From positions 864,001 to 928,000 of the forward strand of contig CAWJMB010000002.1 of the NCBI GenBank assembly GCA_963843845.1: a DNA stretch of 64,000 bases. Reading direction: 5' to 3'. A model generated the notes under the pieces. The model was not told where the DNA came from. It saw only the letters and a program-made list of their open reading frames with translations, and did not search any database. Positions 59,236-64,000 of the stretch are shown one piece after another. Positions within the stretch are counted from its first letter, which is position 1, and each line of letters opens with the position of its first letter. The DNA is from an uncultured Gemmatimonadaceae bacterium. GTDB lineage: Bacteria; Gemmatimonadota; Gemmatimonadetes; Gemmatimonadales; Gemmatimonadaceae. Both the position numbers and the translations under genes were made by a program.

Positions 59236-59745
59236 ATGAGGCCCTCCTTCTTCCCGCGGGAAACGCATCCCTTCCACGCCCTCGAGCTCTCGGCGTGGCG
59301 CACGCTGTCGCTGCGGCTCGTCGAGATGGCGGTCATCACCGGCGTGCTGCTGCGCGCGCTGCGGGCGTTCGCGCTGACGCACGTCGCCACCACGGGCGGC
59401 ACCGCGCTCGCGTTCGTGCTCGGCGCGGCGCTGCTCTTCGGGATGCTGACGCTGCACCTCGCGAACTACCCCGTGCGCCGCTGGCCGGCGCGCGTCGCCG
59501 CGTTCGCGCTCGTCGAGGCGCTCACCGAACTGCTCGTCAGCGCGGCGCTCATCGCGGCGCACCGCGAGCCGTTGGGCACCACCGGCCGCGCGGCGTGGAA
59601 CGACCTCTCGTCGATGGCGCTCTCGACACTCCTCTGGCGCGTCGTGCCGCTCGCGCTGTTCGCGCTCGTGCTCGCCGGCGTCGTGCAGCTCGTGCGCCGG
59701 CTGCTGCGCCGCCGCCCGCTCCCTTCCACTCCGTTCGGCTCATGA
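59236..59745 (+). CDS. Hypothetical membrane protein
   Basis: About four hydrophobic helices; ATGA overlap with the next gene. Confidence 0.7.
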   Translation: MRPSFFPRETHPFHALELSAWRTLSLRLVEMAVITGVLLRALRAFALTHVATTGGTALAFVLGAALLFGMLTLHLANYPVRRWPARVAAFALVEALTELLVSAALIAAHREPLGTTGRAAWNDLSSMALSTLLWRVVPLALFALVLAGVVQLVRRLLRRRPLPSTPFGS

Positions 59746-61244
59746 CCGCTCTGCGCTCCTCGTTCTTCGCGCTCGCCACCGTCGCGACCACGTCCGTCCT
59801 GACGGCGACGTCGTCAGGCGCTCAGGACGCGCCGGCCGCCGACACGACGCCGGCCGGCGCGTCGCTCGCCAGCATGGGGCTGACCGTCACGTCGGCGCAC
59901 CCGCTGGGCACGCTGCGTGAGCAGGCCGCGATTCAGCAGCGGTGGCTCACGCGCCGCATGAACGACGTGCTCCCGGCGCTGCTGCGCAAGCACAACGTCG
60001 ACGCCTGGGTGCTGCCGATGCGCGAGTACAACGAGGACCCCGTGTTCTCGTCGATCGTCGCGCCCGAGACGTTCGCGGCGCGGCGGCGAACGATCTACGT
60101 CTTCAACGACCGCTGCCGCGGAAACGTCGGCGCCGGGGCACCGGCCGGGTCGTGCGCGGTCGAGCGGCTCGCGTTGGGCGGCACGTCGCAGGGAGGCGTC
60201 TACGAGGCGTTCCGGGCGTCGACGCCGGTGCCGACGACGCCGGGCGTGACGGTCGCCGCCGGCAGCGGCTCGCGCGGCGCGAACGCCGAGCTGTGGGGCG
60301 ACGAGCAGTGGCAGGTCCTGAAGCGCGTGCTCGACGACCGCGAGCCGCGCCGCATCGCGATCAACACGTCGCGCGTGTTCGCGTTCTCCGACGGGCTGTC
60401 GTCGGGCGAGCTGGAAGGGATGTCCGCCGCGTTGGGCGCGCGGTGGACGAGCCGCTTCGTGCGCGTCGACGCGCTGCCGCTCGAGATGATCGCGACGCGC
60501 CTCCCGGAAGAGGACGCGGTCTACCGCGAGATGACGAAGCTCGTCTGGCAGATCATCGGCGAGGCGTTCTCGAACGCGGTCATCACCCCCGGCAAGACGC
60601 GCACGAGCGACGTCGTGTGGTGGATGCGGCAGCGCGTGAACGATTACGGCATGGGCAGCTGGTTCCAGCCCTCGGTCGAGGTGCAGCGCAACGGCTGGAC
60701 GGCCGAGCGGCTCGGCGAGAGTCCGGTGATCGAGCGCGGGGACGTGCTGCACTGCGACTTCGGGCTCGTCGCGATGCGGCTCAACACCGACACGCAGCAC
60801 ATGGGCTACGTCCTCCGCGAAGGCGAGACCGACGTCCCTGCCGGCCTCAAGGCCGCGCTCCGCAACTCGAACCGCCTGCAGGACATGCTGATGGCCGAAG
60901 TGCGGCCGGGGCGCACGGGGAACGAGGTGCTGCGCGCGACGCAGCAGCGGATGAAGGCGGCGGGAATCAACGGCACGATCTACACGCACCCGATCGGCAT
61001 GCACGGCCACGGCGCCGGCCCGCTCATCGGCCTGTGGGACTACCAGGACGGCGTGCCCGGGCGCGGCGACGCGACGGTGATTCCGCGGATGTGGTTCTCG
61101 ATCGAGCTCCAGGCGACGACGCCGGTGCCGGAGTGGGGCGGACAGCAGGTGCGCTCGGCGCAGGAAGAAGACATGATCGTCGGGGCGGACGGCGTCGCGC
61201 GGTGGGCGTGGCGGCGGCAGTCGACGTTCCACCTCGTGCGGTGA
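59742..61244 (+). CDS. M24 family metallopeptidase, exported
   Basis: REYNEDPVF, HCDFG...TDTQ, HPIGMHGHGAGP, SIEL, QEED. Confidence 0.88.
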   Translation: MTALRSSFFALATVATTSVLTATSSGAQDAPAADTTPAGASLASMGLTVTSAHPLGTLREQAAIQQRWLTRRMNDVLPALLRKHNVDAWVLPMREYNEDPVFSSIVAPETFAARRRTIYVFNDRCRGNVGAGAPAGSCAVERLALGGTSQGGVYEAFRASTPVPTTPGVTVAAGSGSRGANAELWGDEQWQVLKRVLDDREPRRIAINTSRVFAFSDGLSSGELEGMSAALGARWTSRFVRVDALPLEMIATRLPEEDAVYREMTKLVWQIIGEAFSNAVITPGKTRTSDVVWWMRQRVNDYGMGSWFQPSVEVQRNGWTAERLGESPVIERGDVLHCDFGLVAMRLNTDTQHMGYVLREGETDVPAGLKAALRNSNRLQDMLMAEVRPGRTGNEVLRATQQRMKAAGINGTIYTHPIGMHGHGAGPLIGLWDYQDGVPGRGDATVIPRMWFSIELQATTPVPEWGGQQVRSAQEEDMIVGADGVARWAWRRQSTFHLVR

Positions 61245-62857
61245 CGCCCGAGTCGGCCGCCCGCGCGGAGGGTGCACGCGCGGAGGCGCTGCGAGACCGG
61301 CTGCCGGTCGCGACGATCTGTCTGCTCGCCGGCGTCAGCTACTACGTGCTGATCTGGAAGCAGACGACCTCGACGATCGTGCGCAGCGGTGTCGGCCTGG
61401 TCGCGCTGATCGGCCTGACGCTCGTCGCGATGCTGCTGCTGCGCGACGCGCGCGGGCGCGACACGTGGGAGGCGTTCCTCGTCCGCTCGCGCCTGCTCGT
61501 CGTGCTCGTGCTCGCGATCTTCGGCGCGGCGTTCATGGGGGTCGTGCTGAGCGAGAGCGACCGCGCGTTGGGGGTGAAGCTGTTCGCCGTCGCGTTCTTC
61601 TCCGCGCTGCCGGCGTGGTTCTACTGGCTCTTCATCACGCGCAAGGGGCCGGCGCTGTGGGACGAGTACACGATGAACCTGCACCGGCTCGGCATCGACC
61701 GGCCGGGGTCGCTGCCCGAGCCGCCCCTCCACTCGCCGTTCCACCTGGAGTGGGCGCGCGACCGGGCGACGATCGCCACCGAGCAGCCGGCGGAGGACAA
61801 CTACTACCGCAAGAAGTTCGACGGCGCGTTCGGCTCGATGCTGAGCGACCCCTCCAAAGCCGTCTTCGGCACCGAGAACGCGCTCCCCGTCGTCGCGTCG
61901 ACGGTGCTCATCTCGGTCGGGTGGGCGGTGGTGCTGCAACCCGAGACGGTGTTCGCCTACGGCGTGCTGCCGCCGTTCAAGGCGAGCGGGCTGCCGAACG
62001 TGCCGATCGAGGCGCTGCGGTTCGCGTTCCTCGGCGCCTACTTCTACGTCCTGCAGATGCTCGTTCGCCGCTTCTACTCGAACGACCTGAAGGCGGGCGC
62101 CTACGTCAACGCGACGGTGCGCATCGTGGTCGTGCTGCTGCTGACGTGGATCCTCGGCACGATCTGGAACGACGAGGCGACGCGCGGCTGGCAGCTCGGC
62201 GCCGCCTTCACGATCGGGGTGCTGCCGGACGTCGGCTGGCAACTGCTGCAGCGCGCCGTCAAGGTGCCCCTCGCCCGGGCGACGAACGCGTTCAAGCAGC
62301 GCTACCCCCTGTCCGAGCTCGACGGCTTCAATCTCTGGTACGAGTCGCGGCTCGTCGAGGAGGGGGTCGAGGACATGCAGACGCTCGTGACGGCGAATCT
62401 GGTCGATCTCATGTTGCACACGCGCGTACCGGTCGAGCGACTCGTCGACTGGCTCGATCAGGCGATCCTCGCGCTGCACCTGCCCCCCGGCATCGACGAT
62501 CACTCGCCGAGGTCGCGGCTGCGCCAGTACGGGATCCGGACCGCGACCGACCTGCTCGACGCGCACGACCGGCGGGGGCGCGTGTGGCGTGTGCCGGGGA
62601 TCGAGCGGGTGCTGAACGCGGCGAACGACCCGCCGGAGGCGCCGGTCGTGCTCGACGCGGTCCGCACGTCGCTGCGCCGGGAGCCGGTGCTCGTGCACGT
62701 GCGGCACTGGCGGTCGTTCGTCAACGAGCACCTGCTGCACGCGGTGGAGGAGCGCGCCGTCGTCGCCGTCGAGACGGTGTACGCCGACCGAGCCAGCCCG
62801 GCGGAGGCGGGGCGAGGGAGCGCGCTGTCGACCGTCCCGACGTCATTCCGAGCGTAG
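61241..62857 (+). CDS. Hypothetical multi-pass membrane protein with soluble helical C-terminal domain
   Basis: GTGA overlap; FAFLGAYFY...RR...DL; LSELDGFNLWYESRLVEEGVED. Confidence 0.7.
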   Translation: MTPESAARAEGARAEALRDRLPVATICLLAGVSYYVLIWKQTTSTIVRSGVGLVALIGLTLVAMLLLRDARGRDTWEAFLVRSRLLVVLVLAIFGAAFMGVVLSESDRALGVKLFAVAFFSALPAWFYWLFITRKGPALWDEYTMNLHRLGIDRPGSLPEPPLHSPFHLEWARDRATIATEQPAEDNYYRKKFDGAFGSMLSDPSKAVFGTENALPVVASTVLISVGWAVVLQPETVFAYGVLPPFKASGLPNVPIEALRFAFLGAYFYVLQMLVRRFYSNDLKAGAYVNATVRIVVVLLLTWILGTIWNDEATRGWQLGAAFTIGVLPDVGWQLLQRAVKVPLARATNAFKQRYPLSELDGFNLWYESRLVEEGVEDMQTLVTANLVDLMLHTRVPVERLVDWLDQAILALHLPPGIDDHSPRSRLRQYGIRTATDLLDAHDRRGRVWRVPGIERVLNAANDPPEAPVVLDAVRTSLRREPVLVHVRHWRSFVNEHLLHAVEERAVVAVETVYADRASPAEAGRGSALSTVPTSFRA

Positions 62858-62928
62858 CGAGCGACGCGAGGATTCGCGCGGGACGCACGGGCATCGTGGC
62901 ACCGGGGCGCTCGCTCCGCTCAGGACGG
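62842..62928. repeat. REP-like imperfect inverted repeat
   Basis: GTCATTCCGAGCGTAGCGAGCG ... CGCTCGCTCCGCTCAGGACGG. Confidence 0.55.
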
Positions 62929-62952
62929 GCGTGAAGTCATTAGACTTGGGGT

Positions 62953-63369
62953 ATGCTGCGCAACAACAAGCGACTGCTCGTCGTCGGCGATCGCGTGCTG
63001 ATCCGTGTCGAGGACGGCGAGGAGCGGACGAACGTCGGCCTGTATCTGCCGCCGACCGCGATCGACAATCAGGCGGTGCAGGGCGGCCGCATCGTGGCGA
63101 CCGGGCCGGGGCAGCCGATGCCCGACCTGTCGGCCGACACCGACGAGCCGTGGCGGATCGGTGCCGCGCAGCGCGAGTCGAAGTTCGTCCCGATGCAGGC
63201 GCAGACCGGCGACTACGCGCTGTTCTTCCGCAAGGCCGCCGTCGAGATCACGTTCGAGCAGGAGCGATATCTCGTCGTGCCGCAGGCGGCGATCCTCGCC
63301 CTCGTGCGCGACGCGCTGGAAGCGCGCGAGGACGACGACGCGGACGACGTGCCGCACCTGTTCGGCTGA
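62953..63369 (+). CDS. groES: GroES family co-chaperonin (stand-alone paralog)
   Basis: GDRVLI, GLYLPPTA, GRIVATGPG, YLVVPQAAILA. Confidence 0.85.
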   Translation: MLRNNKRLLVVGDRVLIRVEDGEERTNVGLYLPPTAIDNQAVQGGRIVATGPGQPMPDLSADTDEPWRIGAAQRESKFVPMQAQTGDYALFFRKAAVEITFEQERYLVVPQAAILALVRDALEAREDDDADDVPHLFG

Positions 63370-63397
63370 ATTCCATCTGTCTTTCGAGGGGGTTGTC

Positions 63398-63844
63398 ATG
63401 TATCCAGAGATGCTCGTCGCTCCGATGCGGCAGGAGCTCACGCGACTCGGCGTCGAGGAGCTGCGCACGGCGGAGCAGGTCGACGCGGCCATGCAGCGTG
63501 GCGGCACGACGCTCGTCGTCGTGAACTCGGTGTGCGGCTGCGGGGCGCGCTCGGCGCGGCCGGCGGTGGCGCTGGCGGTCGAGCACGGTGTGAAGCCGGA
63601 TCATCTGACGACGGTGTTCGCGGGGCAGGACTCGGCAGCCACCGAGCGGGCGCGCGGGTACTTCACGGGCTACCCGCCGTCGTCGCCGGCGATCGCGCTC
63701 ATGAAGGACGGCGAGATCGTGCACATGATCGAGCGGTGGCAGATCGAGGGGCGGTACGCGCAGCAGATCGCCGCCGACCTCACGGCCGCCTTCGACCGCT
63801 ACTGCGCGCCGGCAGACACCGCGGCCGCGCCGGCGACGGTGTGA
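63398..63844 (+). CDS. BrxA/BrxB family bacilliredoxin
   Basis: MYPEMLVAPMRQELT, VNSVCGC, TVFAGQD, PPSSPAIAL.KDG, IERWQIEGR. Confidence 0.9.
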   Translation: MYPEMLVAPMRQELTRLGVEELRTAEQVDAAMQRGGTTLVVVNSVCGCGARSARPAVALAVEHGVKPDHLTTVFAGQDSAATERARGYFTGYPPSSPAIALMKDGEIVHMIERWQIEGRYAQQIAADLTAAFDRYCAPADTAAAPATV

Positions 63845-63882
63845 ACGCGATGCCGTGAGGCGACCCCGATCGCGGATCGCCA

Positions 63883-63916
63883 CGACGCCCCTCCGGTTCG
63901 AACCGGAGGGGCGTCG
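63883..63916. terminator. Perfect 34-bp palindrome after the groES-brx genes
   Basis: CGACGCCCCTCCGGTTC-GAACCGGAGGGGCGTCG. Confidence 0.65.
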
Positions 63917-64000
63917 CGCGTCCGGCACATCGTGTGCGTTCCTCGGAGTGCTCAACACGATCTTGCGTGAGATCCCACAGGCGCTTCACCCGAGGACGCA

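Overview
Very GC-rich bacterial chromosomal window with about 50 genes; gene content and style suggest Gemmatimonadota (inference). No rRNA, tRNA, CRISPR array or transposase was seen. The most notable locus is at 0.2-13.8 kb. A 54-aa acidic peptide ending ETLEERIAP-AKFAF heads an apparent operon of a GAF-GAF-HlyD protein, a lipoprotein membrane-fusion protein, a PqqD/RRE-like + M50 protease + HlyD fusion and an outer-membrane barrel. It has no ABC ATPase, TolC or tailoring enzyme and is flanked by three Ser/Thr kinases and a kinase-associated ECF sigma factor, making it a candidate peptide processing/export and signalling system. The octamer GCCTAACG/CGTTAGGC occurs 16 times and accounts for the in-frame TTA codons I noticed. 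The rest is mostly peptidases, hydrolases and housekeeping genes (pruA, nfo, lepB, rpsU, orphan groES, bacilliredoxin), an MmeI-like restriction-modification gene, an ATPase-less Opp-type operon and several palindromic or tandem repeats, including a 186-bp MITE-like element. The 21-34 kb block is dense in frameshifts that look like long-read errors. All calls come from motif recognition by eye; no searches were run.
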